Assembly (NCBI GenBank): GCA_947626145.1
Contig: CANQRB010000004.1
Location: 29,250-93,249 of the forward strand
Origin: an uncultured Clostridia bacterium
GTDB lineage: Bacteria > Bacillota > Clostridia > UMGS1883
Length of the DNA stretch: 64,000 nt
Direction: 5' to 3'
A program made the position numbers and the translations under genes. The notes below the pieces were generated by a model. The model did not search any database. It saw nothing but the letters and a program-made list of their open reading frames with translations, and was not told the origin of the DNA. The stretch's first letter is position 1, and each line of letters begins with the position of its first letter. Below, in pieces: positions 9,042 through 18,244 of the stretch.

Positions 9042-9759
9042 CGAAAAGGATATTGCCATAAAAAAAATTTTGGACGCGGGCGTCGTTACCCCTTGGGACA
9101 GGGTGAAAAAAAACTTGCTGGCGCTCCGTTTCTGCGCGCCGAAGCACATATTTTTCGACATGGGCGACTGCCTGTTTTTGGGACTGCTGGCGGCAGCGGC
9201 AGGTTGGATATTGCTTTTGAATATAAACGGCGGCTTTGTCTGCTGTTCCCTGCTGCTCGCCTCCCCTTTTGCATATATGATAACCTGCCTTCTGACGGCG
9301 TGGAAGGAGCGTCAACGGCGGATGTATGAAATAAAAATGACCTGCTATTTTAATCTGCATCAGGTGACGGCCCTCCGGATGCTGTATTTCAGCGGCCTTA
9401 ATTTAATTGTAAATTTTGTCATGATTCTGCTCGAACGCCGAATTTCTATTTTGGGAGCTTTGTTCTGGCGGCTTTTGGGCATTTCCTTTTCCGGCATATT
9501 TATTTACGGAGTTTTGCTAATAGCTTTCCAAATAAAAGTCCATGGCAGAATGTCCGTTATCTTACCGCCTGTTTTTTGGCTGATGATAAACAGCGTGATA
9601 TTCATTGTATGGAACGAAAGAATAGAATTTATAATATTAAATTTATCCGTTTATATAGTATATCTTGTGACGGCGGGACTGCTCATGCTGTATATTGCGA
9701 TGCTATACACCTATATGACGAATTGGAGAGGAGAAACAGACTATGCTTTCAGTGAATAA
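9016..9759 (+). CDS. Polytopic membrane protein co-transcribed with the ECF sigma (candidate anti-sigma/sensor)
   Basis: ATG at 9016 with GAGAGGAG RBS (the track start 9010 is TTG). ~70-aa soluble N-terminus followed by ~6 TM helices. Overlaps the sigma gene's 3' end. Confidence 0.6.
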   Translation: MSTETLSNDEKDIAIKKILDAGVVTPWDRVKKNLLALRFCAPKHIFFDMGDCLFLGLLAAAAGWILLLNINGGFVCCSLLLASPFAYMITCLLTAWKERQRRMYEIKMTCYFNLHQVTALRMLYFSGLNLIVNFVMILLERRISILGALFWRLLGISFSGIFIYGVLLIAFQIKVHGRMSVILPPVFWLMINSVIFIVWNERIEFIILNLSVYIVYLVTAGLLMLYIAMLYTYMTNWRGETDYAFSE

Positions 9760-10600
9760 CGTCACAAAAAAATACGGTGATTTCACTGCGCTTCAAGACA
9801 TAAACATTGAGTTTGACCGAGGAGTTTACGGACTGCTGGCGCCCAACGGAGCCGGAAAAACCACTCTGATGAAAATGCTGGCCACCCTTTCCTTCCCAAC
9901 AAAGGGGGAGATTTTGTGGAACGGCACGGATATATTTCAACTGGACGAGGAATACCGTGATATTCTGGGCTTTTTGCCGCAGAAGTTCGGCTATTACAGG
10001 AATTATTCCCCGCGCAGGTTCTTGGGCTACATGGCGGCGTTAAAAGGCATAGAAAAAAACGGGGCGGAGGAAAAAATCGACTCACTTCTTAAAAAGGTCT
10101 TTCTCGAAGAATTTGCGGATAAAAAAATGAAGCAGTTTTCAGGGGGTATGCTCCAACGGGTAGGCATCGCTCAGGCTCTGCTCAACGACCCCGAGCTGCT
10201 TATTCTGGACGAGCCCACCGCCGGACTTGACCCAAAGGAGCGGGTTCGCTTTCGCTCCATGCTCCACTCTTTGGCCGGTGAACGCATAGTTATTCTGTCA
10301 ACTCATATCGTTTCCGACATTGAAACAATAGCTGATAAAATAATTTTGCTTAAGGATCATAAACTGCTTTGCTGTGCCGCGCCCACAAGGCTGTGCTCCG
10401 CGTTGCAGGGCAAAATTTTTGAGATACCCGCCGACAGGCATATTGACGCGCCCTGTGAAATTCTGTATGAGCGCCAGACCGGAACAGGGACCGTCCTGCG
10501 TATTTACAGCGAGTCACGCCCTGACGGAGCAACGGAAACGGCCGCGAACCTTGAGGACGTGTTCCTGACGGTTTACCGTGACGAAAGGAGACAAAAATGA
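9743..10600 (+). CDS. ABC transporter ATP-binding protein
   Basis: Walker A LLAPNGAGKTT, ABC signature FSGGMLQRVGIAQAL, Walker B LLILDEPTAGLD. GGAGAGGAG RBS. Confidence 0.9.
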   Translation: MLSVNNVTKKYGDFTALQDINIEFDRGVYGLLAPNGAGKTTLMKMLATLSFPTKGEILWNGTDIFQLDEEYRDILGFLPQKFGYYRNYSPRRFLGYMAALKGIEKNGAEEKIDSLLKKVFLEEFADKKMKQFSGGMLQRVGIAQALLNDPELLILDEPTAGLDPKERVRFRSMLHSLAGERIVILSTHIVSDIETIADKIILLKDHKLLCCAAPTRLCSALQGKIFEIPADRHIDAPCEILYERQTGTGTVLRIYSESRPDGATETAANLEDVFLTVYRDERRQK

Positions 10601-11751
10601 AACTGATAAAATCGGAAATTAAGAAGCTTGTATTTAACAAAAGCCTGTATTTTTTTCTGGCCATTTGCCTGACGTTAAATCTTGCGCTGATCGCTGTGAC
10701 GGGCGGCGAACGTTCTTATATAAAATATATTGGAGAAATCACGGCGAACGCCGGAGACAGGATCAACCGTTCTTTTCTTAATTATGTCAGCGCTTTGCCG
10801 GACAGCGAGTTCATCGACCGCCTCACAGCCGCCTGTGCCGGTGCGGGAAAAATCTTCGACAGCTTTGACGCGGCGGCATTGGGCAGAAACTGGTATTATG
10901 ATGAATACTATATAAAGTCCTCTTTCCTTCATAGAATGTTATATGAGAAATACGAAAAATTAAACAATTCAGTGAAATTGCTGAATTCCGAAAACGCCGA
11001 TCTGTCCGTTTACGGGGCCGACGCCACGGGGAATTTCCATGAGGCTCTGTTTACATATACACTCAAAGCGCTGATGATAGAGGGATTTATACTTATTTCT
11101 CTCCTTACGATCCACATAATGGGCATTGAACGTCAAAGCCTTACCGAGTCCATAATATATTCCAGCCGAAGAGGTCGGGCCCTTGTCAAAGACAAAATGT
11201 GCGCCGCCTGGATAGTGAATACCGGCTGCATCTTGCTGCTGTACGGGTCAACGCTGGCGTTTTTCTTTTCGGTATGGGATATCGGCGGCCTTTGGGAAGC
11301 CAACGTGTCAAGCTGCTTCCACCTTGTGACGGACGTTGATCTGCCGTTTCTGAAGCCTTTCCTCACTTGGACAAGCTTCACGGTAAGAGAGTATTTCACC
11401 GCGACTCTGCTTTTGGAAGCCGCATTGCTGTTGGTGTGGCAGCTCATATCCTCCTGCATCGGAATTTTGTGCGGCAGTTCCGCCAAAGGATTTCTGACGG
11501 CGGCGGCCTGCCTTACGGGTCCGTATTTTCTGCCGTTTGTTTTTAAATCGCTGAGCTGTGGGTGGTCATTTTATATTAACACCTTTTCCATCTCAATGTT
11601 AACGCTTAATCAGCATTTGTGGTTTACGGACATGGGTGTTTACGAGCTGCTGCCGTGGCAGGAAACCTTGTCGGCCGGAATACATTTATCCGTGTGTGTT
11701 CCGCTCTTTTTTACGGCAATTAAAATATTCAAAAGAAGGGAGCTGATGTAA
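10597..11751 (+). CDS. Polytopic membrane protein (ABC-2-type permease-like), function unknown
   Basis: 384 aa with multiple TM segments. Its start overlaps the ATPase stop (ATGA). Confidence 0.6.
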   Translation: MKLIKSEIKKLVFNKSLYFFLAICLTLNLALIAVTGGERSYIKYIGEITANAGDRINRSFLNYVSALPDSEFIDRLTAACAGAGKIFDSFDAAALGRNWYYDEYYIKSSFLHRMLYEKYEKLNNSVKLLNSENADLSVYGADATGNFHEALFTYTLKALMIEGFILISLLTIHIMGIERQSLTESIIYSSRRGRALVKDKMCAAWIVNTGCILLLYGSTLAFFFSVWDIGGLWEANVSSCFHLVTDVDLPFLKPFLTWTSFTVREYFTATLLLEAALLLVWQLISSCIGILCGSSAKGFLTAAACLTGPYFLPFVFKSLSCGWSFYINTFSISMLTLNQHLWFTDMGVYELLPWQETLSAGIHLSVCVPLFFTAIKIFKRRELM

Positions 11752-12933
11752 ATGTTTGTCTGGGAGCTCAGAAAAGTTTGGACAAAGGAGCATATCTTAC
11801 TCATCGCCGCGGTCACGCTTCTTTTTTCTCTGACCTTTCTTGTACCGCCAATAAGGTCGGTGACTGTGACAGAAGAGGGCGAGGAAATCTTCTCCGCGAG
11901 GATGGGGATAATCAAGGAGTGGCTCAATAAATATGACACACAAATTACGCCTCAGGAATTTGAAGAGATAAAAAGGATCTATGATGAACGCCTTTCCGAC
12001 GGACAGGCTGTCATTTCAACGCAGCCCTATTTCGCGGAGAATAATGTGTTTACTTATGACGACTATCTTTCTTACGGTAATAACGCCCTGAACGGCGCGG
12101 AAGGCTACTCCTACGACAGCTTCCGCAAAATGCGTGAGTTCATATCCGAAGGCACCGATTATTCCGCCATGTATTATCAGGAGTATGAAGATCTCATACA
12201 TAAATATGTTGACGGCAGCTCGCGAAAAGCTCGTTATATTGAAACGCTCCTGTCCGGCAAAGCCGAAAAGGCCGCAATATCCGAGCTCGACACGCTTCGC
12301 CGAACCAAAGGCGTCGGCAGTCTGCTGCCCGGCGAACTTGTGTACGCCGCAAACCGTTACTATGTCAACCTCTCAATTTTGCTCATTATATTGGCGATGT
12401 TCATTTCCGGGCCTGTCATGGTCAACGATAATGCCAATAACATTCGGCCGGGGCAATACAGCAGCAAAATCGGTCTCAAAATATATCAGCGTCAGTATGC
12501 GGCCATGGCGGTTTCTCTTTCCGCACTTACGGCACTCATGCTCATCGGCAGCTTGACGCTTTGGCTTGCAGTCGGGGCCGGCCGCTTTTTCCAATGCGGC
12601 ATCTTTGCTTTTCAAATGATGGAAACGCCGGTGACGGGCGATCTATCGTTTGGCGTGTATTTGGTTTTGATTTCGGCGCTGATTTTTATTCTTGTAAACG
12701 GTGTTGGCGGGCTTATGTTTTATCTTTCCGGCACGAGCCGCAATTTTATCGAGATGCTGATGAAATCGATACCCGCCGCGGTTTTTGGGATAATGCTGTC
12801 GCTTTCTTTAAATGACCTGTTTCTCAATACAAACTTTCTTTTCCGTATGACAGGGATAAGAGGTGTGGAGATTTTTCCGGTTATTTTGATTTTCATATTT
12901 GGATTATTGATAAATTTAAAAGGGATACGTTAG
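11752..12933 (+). CDS. Polytopic membrane protein with a large extracytoplasmic loop, function unknown
   Basis: 393 aa. N-terminal TM, a ~180-aa soluble loop, then 5-6 C-terminal TM helices. Starts 1 nt after the previous stop. Confidence 0.6.
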   Translation: MFVWELRKVWTKEHILLIAAVTLLFSLTFLVPPIRSVTVTEEGEEIFSARMGIIKEWLNKYDTQITPQEFEEIKRIYDERLSDGQAVISTQPYFAENNVFTYDDYLSYGNNALNGAEGYSYDSFRKMREFISEGTDYSAMYYQEYEDLIHKYVDGSSRKARYIETLLSGKAEKAAISELDTLRRTKGVGSLLPGELVYAANRYYVNLSILLIILAMFISGPVMVNDNANNIRPGQYSSKIGLKIYQRQYAAMAVSLSALTALMLIGSLTLWLAVGAGRFFQCGIFAFQMMETPVTGDLSFGVYLVLISALIFILVNGVGGLMFYLSGTSRNFIEMLMKSIPAAVFGIMLSLSLNDLFLNTNFLFRMTGIRGVEIFPVILIFIFGLLINLKGIR

Positions 12934-12995
12934 TAATGCGGTATGGAGAAGCTGTCTGTTGGGCTTGGCGAAGTTAGCATGGTATCACCTCAAAA

Positions 12996-13030
12996 CGAAA
13001 CGGACGCTCCGCTTGGAACGTCCGTTTGAT
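12996..13030. terminator. Bidirectional terminator between convergent operons
   Basis: aaacggacg-ctccgcttggaa-cgtccgttt, flanked by A/T runs on both sides. Confidence 0.55.
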
Positions 13031-13092
13031 TATCTTTTTACTCTACCATTTTAACACATATATAACTCTCATTCAATCACATTTACTCTCAT

Positions 13093-13404
13093 CTATTCTA
13101 ACTTTTTTTGATAATCGCTTTTAGCATAAACGACTCTCGTAACAGTTATCAGCTTCTCGCGCTCATCCACACGATAAAACATAATATAATTCTTAATCAG
13201 CAGTTTACGGTACTCATATTTTAAAGTTTGGAGTGGGCGATAAACAGGCATGGAATACGGAAAAACTCTGATTTTTTCCGCTTCGGTTATAAACTCCTCA
13301 GCTAACCGTCCGGCCGCAATGGGATTTGATAATGTTTTGCCGATATATGTCACAATGTTAATCATATCCTGTTGGGCGATAGGCTGAAACTCCAAATCAT
13401 ACAT
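13093..13404 (-). CDS. Type II toxin, RelE/ParE family
   Basis: ~103 aa. MYDLEFQPIAQQDMINIVTYI...YRKLLIKNYIMFYRVDEREKLITVTRVVYAKSDY matches the ParE/RelE fold pattern. Its start overlaps the antitoxin stop (ATGTATGA). Confidence 0.8.
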   Translation of the reverse strand: MYDLEFQPIAQQDMINIVTYIGKTLSNPIAAGRLAEEFITEAEKIRVFPYSMPVYRPLQTLKYEYRKLLIKNYIMFYRVDEREKLITVTRVVYAKSDYQKKLE

Positions 13405-13675
13405 TTTCGGTTTCTCCAATCGCCTCGCGCATATTTTTCAAGACTTCTTTTGGTGAAAACCGCTTGTTTGTCATTTCCGCCTCATACTCCGCCTCCTTAA
13501 GCTTAAAGTACACTTCGCTTTCAAACTGAAGATTTTCATAAGCTTCCATACTCATAACAACCATGTCGCCAAAACCGTTTTTTGTTAAGAAAACGGGCTG
13601 CTTTGTTTCGTGGACTGTCTTGGAAATATCCGCAAATTTATTTCTTAAGTCCGAAACGGGTCTTATTAAATTCAT
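13397..13675 (-). CDS. Type II antitoxin, Phd/YefM family
   Basis: Start at MNLIRPVSDLRNKFADISKTVHETKQPVFLTKNGFGDMVVMSMEAYENL, a classic Phd/YefM N-terminus. AGGAGG RBS 7 nt upstream. Confidence 0.8.
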   Translation of the reverse strand: MNLIRPVSDLRNKFADISKTVHETKQPVFLTKNGFGDMVVMSMEAYENLQFESEVYFKLKEAEYEAEMTNKRFSPKEVLKNMREAIGETENV

Positions 13676-13705
13676 AAAAATTCCTCCTATCATATTATGA
13701 TTGTA

Positions 13706-13727
13706 TTTTAGCACAATTATGCTAAAA
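13706..13727. promoter_or_regulatory. Perfect inverted repeat (candidate Phd/ParE operator)
   Basis: ttttagca-caatta-tgctaaaa, 30 nt upstream of the antitoxin start. TA promoters are typically autoregulated through such palindromes. Confidence 0.45.
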
Positions 13728-13778
13728 TTGCAAGAGGAAATTTTTATTTTTATAAAGTGATTTCCTTGCTAAAGCTAC

Positions 13779-13813
13779 AAAAAATGAGCTATGGAGGGTT
13801 GGCTCCATAGCTC
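13779..13813 (-). terminator. Rho-independent terminator of the M4 protease gene
   Basis: On the minus strand gagctatggag-ccaacc-ctccatagctc is followed by tttttt. Confidence 0.6.
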
Positions 13814-13927
13814 GATAACTTACGTAGTGCCTATATTGTACAGTCTTGCGCCTGACGCACCGCGGTCGCAAAGCTTCCTATTCGAGGGCAAATGACCTGA
13901 TAAGTGATAGCCTATTGCAAATCTAAA

Positions 13928-16900
13928 TTATAAGGCTATCATACCATCAGTTTCATCATTACCATTAAGTTCTTCGTCCTTTTTGCCTGTGTTTTTATTC
14001 TCAGATATATCTCCTTCGAAAGCTGTTTCGACGGACTCTTCATTTTTAAGTTCTTTGCCTCCAAACTCATTACTGATATCCTTTATTGGCACTTTGTCTG
14101 GCAAGGATTCAATAGAAACTAGTGACTCTTCATCATGATAATTTATTAATATGCCATTAGATATTTTGAATACAGGCCAAGAGTTTCCTGATTGGTTAGA
14201 AGAAACTTTGTACACCTCAACTAAGTTATTTCCATTATATAACTCTACCTGTGCACCCGAAGTCGCCCAAGTACCTTCACCGTAGAACCAGTATACATAA
14301 TATTCATATGTGCTATTTATGTCCACTTCAAATGTAACGGTTTCCGGCCCTTCTCCATCGGTATCATCCACATCCAAATTGGCCACCAAATCTCCTGATG
14401 CATTATATCCGTTTCTGTTAGAAAAATATACATGAAAGTTTCTATGGTCTGAAAGGCTTCCAACCAAATGAGAGTCTAAGTCGCTGGGATTCATGTTCCA
14501 ACGAAGAACTGCCCTATATTGATTGCTAGTCATCGAAGGAGAAATGCTTCCATTTTGATTGGCAACTTCTCTTCCCCCAATTATTGTGACGTTGAAATAT
14601 CCGGTGGTGTATCCGTACTTTTCCATTTCTATTGTATAATACCCAGAGGATGCAGTTAGTGAATATTCACCACTACCGTTAGTTATTGTTGAAGATATTT
14701 CCTCACCTTTACTACTATTCCACCCGTTTCTCAACCTGACTATTACGCCATCAATAGGATATCCGGTTGTTGCGCTTGTAATAACGCCGCTTATTTTTCC
14801 TTCACCAGACTTTACAAGTTTAACAAGTTCTTCTGTTTGGTTGTCTTTTGTTACTGTCGCAAGCCCGTAGAAAGGCATATAACCGTCTTTTTCAATAACA
14901 ACAGAATATGTTCCCACATCAAGAGACAGTTCTTTTGCTCCCTCTGCGCCTATTTGAACTTTCCCAATCAAGAAATCATCATCAAGTATAGATATAGTTG
15001 CATCTTTTATAAATGTTTCATCTTCCGCATCAACAATTTGTATATAAAGAGTACCTCTATCCCCATATATACCAACATCATCAAATGCACGTTTTATAGT
15101 CATTTTTTCCGCTTTAGACAATCCCTGAGTATCAGCTTGAAGCAGTACATTTCTCCTTACGGTTTTAAAGTTAGAATTTGCACTGAAGCCCTTGCCCAAC
15201 GAACCATACCATAGGTCTATAAGCTTAGACATTGAAATGGCCGGAAGACTATAAGAGGGATAGCCTTGTGACATTAAATATGCAGCATGAGAAATTACTG
15301 ATGAATTCGTGTGAGCAAATACTGATTTATTACCAGTATTAGTGCACCAATTAGTTCCACCAACTTTACTGGGCTTATGGCAGGAAGATGGATCCTTAAC
15401 ATTTCTTAATGGTCGCCAGTCCTCCCCTATGGTATAGTTATTATCATCAACGAACCATCCAAAGATATCTGCGTATGCTTCGTTGATTGCATAAGATATA
15501 TGACCATTACTGTGATCGTGACTAAGTCCATTCCCTGTCTTAAACTGAACTACTCCATGAGTGTACTCATGAGCAATAATATCAAGTCCGCTGGCCGTAG
15601 TAGTTTGGAGATTACTGTCGTTATTACTATTATCATAAAAATAGAATTCTTTGTTGCCGCCTGTCCAACACGCATTACTACTGCCTCCAAATTTATGAAC
15701 AGTTACTTTAATAGGATATCCATTCCCGTCCACAGAGCGTCTGCCCAAAGTGTCCGCATACCAATTATATACATCTATCATATTGGTGTATGCAGAAATA
15801 GCCGTTTTATCTCGCCATACATTAAATTCACTGCCAACTCTACTATTAACAAGTCCCCCATCATACATTTTAATGTTTCTCTCTGAATCTTCCATATAGT
15901 AGAATAACCAATCCCATTGTTTAAATTGTACGGGGAATGACACTTCGGTATTTTTTTCATTTTCACCGCTACCAGTTACTCTTTTGTCGCCCCAGTCTAA
16001 AATATTGCTTCCAGAATAAATTACGGAACCAGTATATCCATTTATGATTACAGTTTCGTCAATATTGTCGCCAGACAAACAAATTACATATGCTACAACA
16101 GGACTTTGCTCATATTCATCAAGAGAATATATAACTACCTCTGTTGATACAACATCTACTGATTCTTGCGGGTACTGACTTTTAGCAATATTTATTGCTT
16201 CACTTTCTGATATCACGGGGTCGGTATTTACATCAACTAAGTTTGCAGATGCAACTACATCGGATGTTAATGAAGTAGATGTTCCATTATTATCTACAGA
16301 CACGGTTAAATTTCTATCATAAACGTCAAGCCCATTATATTGTTGACTAAAAGTATAATCAGTTCCGTATTTGCCAGAATTTGTCACAGATATATTTAAT
16401 TCTTTTATTGGATCGTTCATGCCAAGAATTGTTCGAACTCCGTATATTGCATAAAGAGCATCGTCTGGGGAGTTTATATCAATATCACTTATTTTACCAC
16501 TTATCGCTGTTACTTGGGATCCCTCTTCATTGTATTCTATATAAGTATCAAAATCTGCATCCTTATTCATTTGCTCTATATCGACAACTGAATTATTAGG
16601 AGACTCATTAATATTAAAGTTACTTTCTTTTATAACCGTAACTTCAAAAGATTTTGTTAAATTATAGTCTCCTTTCGATATGCTAGCGTTGAGTCTAACA
16701 TTTTTATTCTCATTTATCGGACGTGAGACGGAACCGCTTTCTGAAACTACATTAATATTGTTACTTTCCCATGATATATCTACTGTTTCAATCATTGTTG
16801 GTAAAATCAAATCATGAGTAACAGATTCTTTACAGTCACCTTTACTATATGTAATTTCAAGAGTATCATATGCATATTGAACTATCGCTTTATTAAATTC

Positions 16901-18244
16901 ATTCTCATCATATTCTACCCACCTTGCATACAAAGTTAATTTATTGTTAACGGCCAATTTAAAATCATAGATATTTTCGCAATCCCTATCAGTATACCAG
17001 CCACCAAACAAATAATCTTTACGTTCAGGGTCTTTGGGAATTGTAACATTATTTCCAGCTAAAATCTCTTGACTTTCAGGCGCATCCTCTGCCCCTTCAT
17101 AATTCAAATCAAAGGTGACAGTGTAAACGCCGTCCTCCTCAATTTCTTCTTCCCAACCAGCATACAGAGTCAAGCGCTCGGTAATTTCCGTGTTCTCAAA
17201 ATCAAACTCATAAACGCATTCCTCATCTGTGTACCAGCCCGTGAAGATATAGCCCTCTCTTTCGGGATCATCGGGACGCTCTGCATAATCGTTCTTCTTT
17301 ACTTTCTGGGTAGCCGGAGGATTTTTCGCTCCTGAATAATTCAGGTCAAATTTTACATTGTATCTCGTGGTGCCGCCGGAGCTTCCGCCACCACCGCCAC
17401 CACCGGTGGAACGACTTATCGTATATTCAACGCTCATCACATCGCTGACAAGAACATCATCTTTTACCGCGATTGCCTTCAGTGTCGCGGTAGACAGTAT
17501 ATTTATATTGCCACCTGTGTATTCCTCGCTGTCAACTGTGGGCTCTGTTCCATCGGTCGTATAGTAAATCTTAACGCCCTCGGTGTCGCTCTTAAGCGTT
17601 ACAAGCTGATTTACATAATATGTGCCCGCCTCAACGGACGCGACAGGGGCGGCTACCGTTGTGCGGAGACCGTTATAAACCATTACGGCAATGTCCCCAC
17701 GGGTAGAGGCTGATCCCTTTCTGCCCTTGAGGTTATCCGTTATACCGTTATCCTCAGCCGCTTTAATATAGCCGGCAGACCAATCATCAGGGTCGGATTC
17801 AACATCGTCGCCAAGACCGACGCCGCAAACCACCATCTTTATGGCCTCTTCATATTTGACGTCGTCATCCGGCATAAATCCGCCGCTACCGTTGCCGTTT
17901 ATTATCTCCTCTTTCGCGGCGACATTGATGTAGCCGCTGGCCCAGTGGTCGGCGGGAACATCGTCAAACTTTGTGGCGCCCTTGGAATTGCGGGCATCGT
18001 TCTCCTTGCCTATCATGCGGCATACTACCGCCGCCATTTCGGACCTTGTGATAGATTTATCCGCCCCAAATGTACCGTCGGCGTAGCCGGTGAAAATGTC
18101 GAGCTTTTCCAGAGCGAGAGCCGCCTCGGCGTAATACTCATTCCCCGTAACATCGGAAAAGACCGTGCCTGCGGCAAAAGCACCGATCGGCGCAAGCGAC
18201 AGTGTCATTGCCAAAACTAAAATGATGCTTAAAAATTTTTTCAC
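13928..18244 (-). CDS. SLH-domain cell-surface M4 (thermolysin-like) zinc metalloprotease, ~1438 aa
   Basis: Likely GTG start (MKKFLSIILVLAMTLSLAPIGAFA signal peptide) with a GGAGG RBS. Three SLH repeats sit at the N-terminus. A chitobiase/Fn3-like domain and a Gly/Ser linker follow, then two Listeria-Bacteroides (Flg_new) repeats (YIFTGWYTDEEC, YLFGGWYTDRDC) and a PepSY/FTP-like propeptide. The M4 catalytic core has HEYTH (HExxH) and the third zinc ligand in AINEAYADIFG. Carboxypeptidase-regulatory-like beta domains are at the C-terminus. Low GC. Confidence 0.85.
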   Translation of the reverse strand: MKKFLSIILVLAMTLSLAPIGAFAAGTVFSDVTGNEYYAEAALALEKLDIFTGYADGTFGADKSITRSEMAAVVCRMIGKENDARNSKGATKFDDVPADHWASGYINVAAKEEIINGNGSGGFMPDDDVKYEEAIKMVVCGVGLGDDVESDPDDWSAGYIKAAEDNGITDNLKGRKGSASTRGDIAVMVYNGLRTTVAAPVASVEAGTYYVNQLVTLKSDTEGVKIYYTTDGTEPTVDSEEYTGGNINILSTATLKAIAVKDDVLVSDVMSVEYTISRSTGGGGGGGSSGGTTRYNVKFDLNYSGAKNPPATQKVKKNDYAERPDDPEREGYIFTGWYTDEECVYEFDFENTEITERLTLYAGWEEEIEEDGVYTVTFDLNYEGAEDAPESQEILAGNNVTIPKDPERKDYLFGGWYTDRDCENIYDFKLAVNNKLTLYARWVEYDENEFNKAIVQYAYDTLEITYSKGDCKESVTHDLILPTMIETVDISWESNNINVVSESGSVSRPINENKNVRLNASISKGDYNLTKSFEVTVIKESNFNINESPNNSVVDIEQMNKDADFDTYIEYNEEGSQVTAISGKISDIDINSPDDALYAIYGVRTILGMNDPIKELNISVTNSGKYGTDYTFSQQYNGLDVYDRNLTVSVDNNGTSTSLTSDVVASANLVDVNTDPVISESEAINIAKSQYPQESVDVVSTEVVIYSLDEYEQSPVVAYVICLSGDNIDETVIINGYTGSVIYSGSNILDWGDKRVTGSGENEKNTEVSFPVQFKQWDWLFYYMEDSERNIKMYDGGLVNSRVGSEFNVWRDKTAISAYTNMIDVYNWYADTLGRRSVDGNGYPIKVTVHKFGGSSNACWTGGNKEFYFYDNSNNDSNLQTTTASGLDIIAHEYTHGVVQFKTGNGLSHDHSNGHISYAINEAYADIFGWFVDDNNYTIGEDWRPLRNVKDPSSCHKPSKVGGTNWCTNTGNKSVFAHTNSSVISHAAYLMSQGYPSYSLPAISMSKLIDLWYGSLGKGFSANSNFKTVRRNVLLQADTQGLSKAEKMTIKRAFDDVGIYGDRGTLYIQIVDAEDETFIKDATISILDDDFLIGKVQIGAEGAKELSLDVGTYSVVIEKDGYMPFYGLATVTKDNQTEELVKLVKSGEGKISGVITSATTGYPIDGVIVRLRNGWNSSKGEEISSTITNGSGEYSLTASSGYYTIEMEKYGYTTGYFNVTIIGGREVANQNGSISPSMTSNQYRAVLRWNMNPSDLDSHLVGSLSDHRNFHVYFSNRNGYNASGDLVANLDVDDTDGEGPETVTFEVDINSTYEYYVYWFYGEGTWATSGAQVELYNGNNLVEVYKVSSNQSGNSWPVFKISNGILINYHDEESLVSIESLPDKVPIKDISNEFGGKELKNEESVETAFEGDISENKNTGKKDEELNGNDETDGMIAL

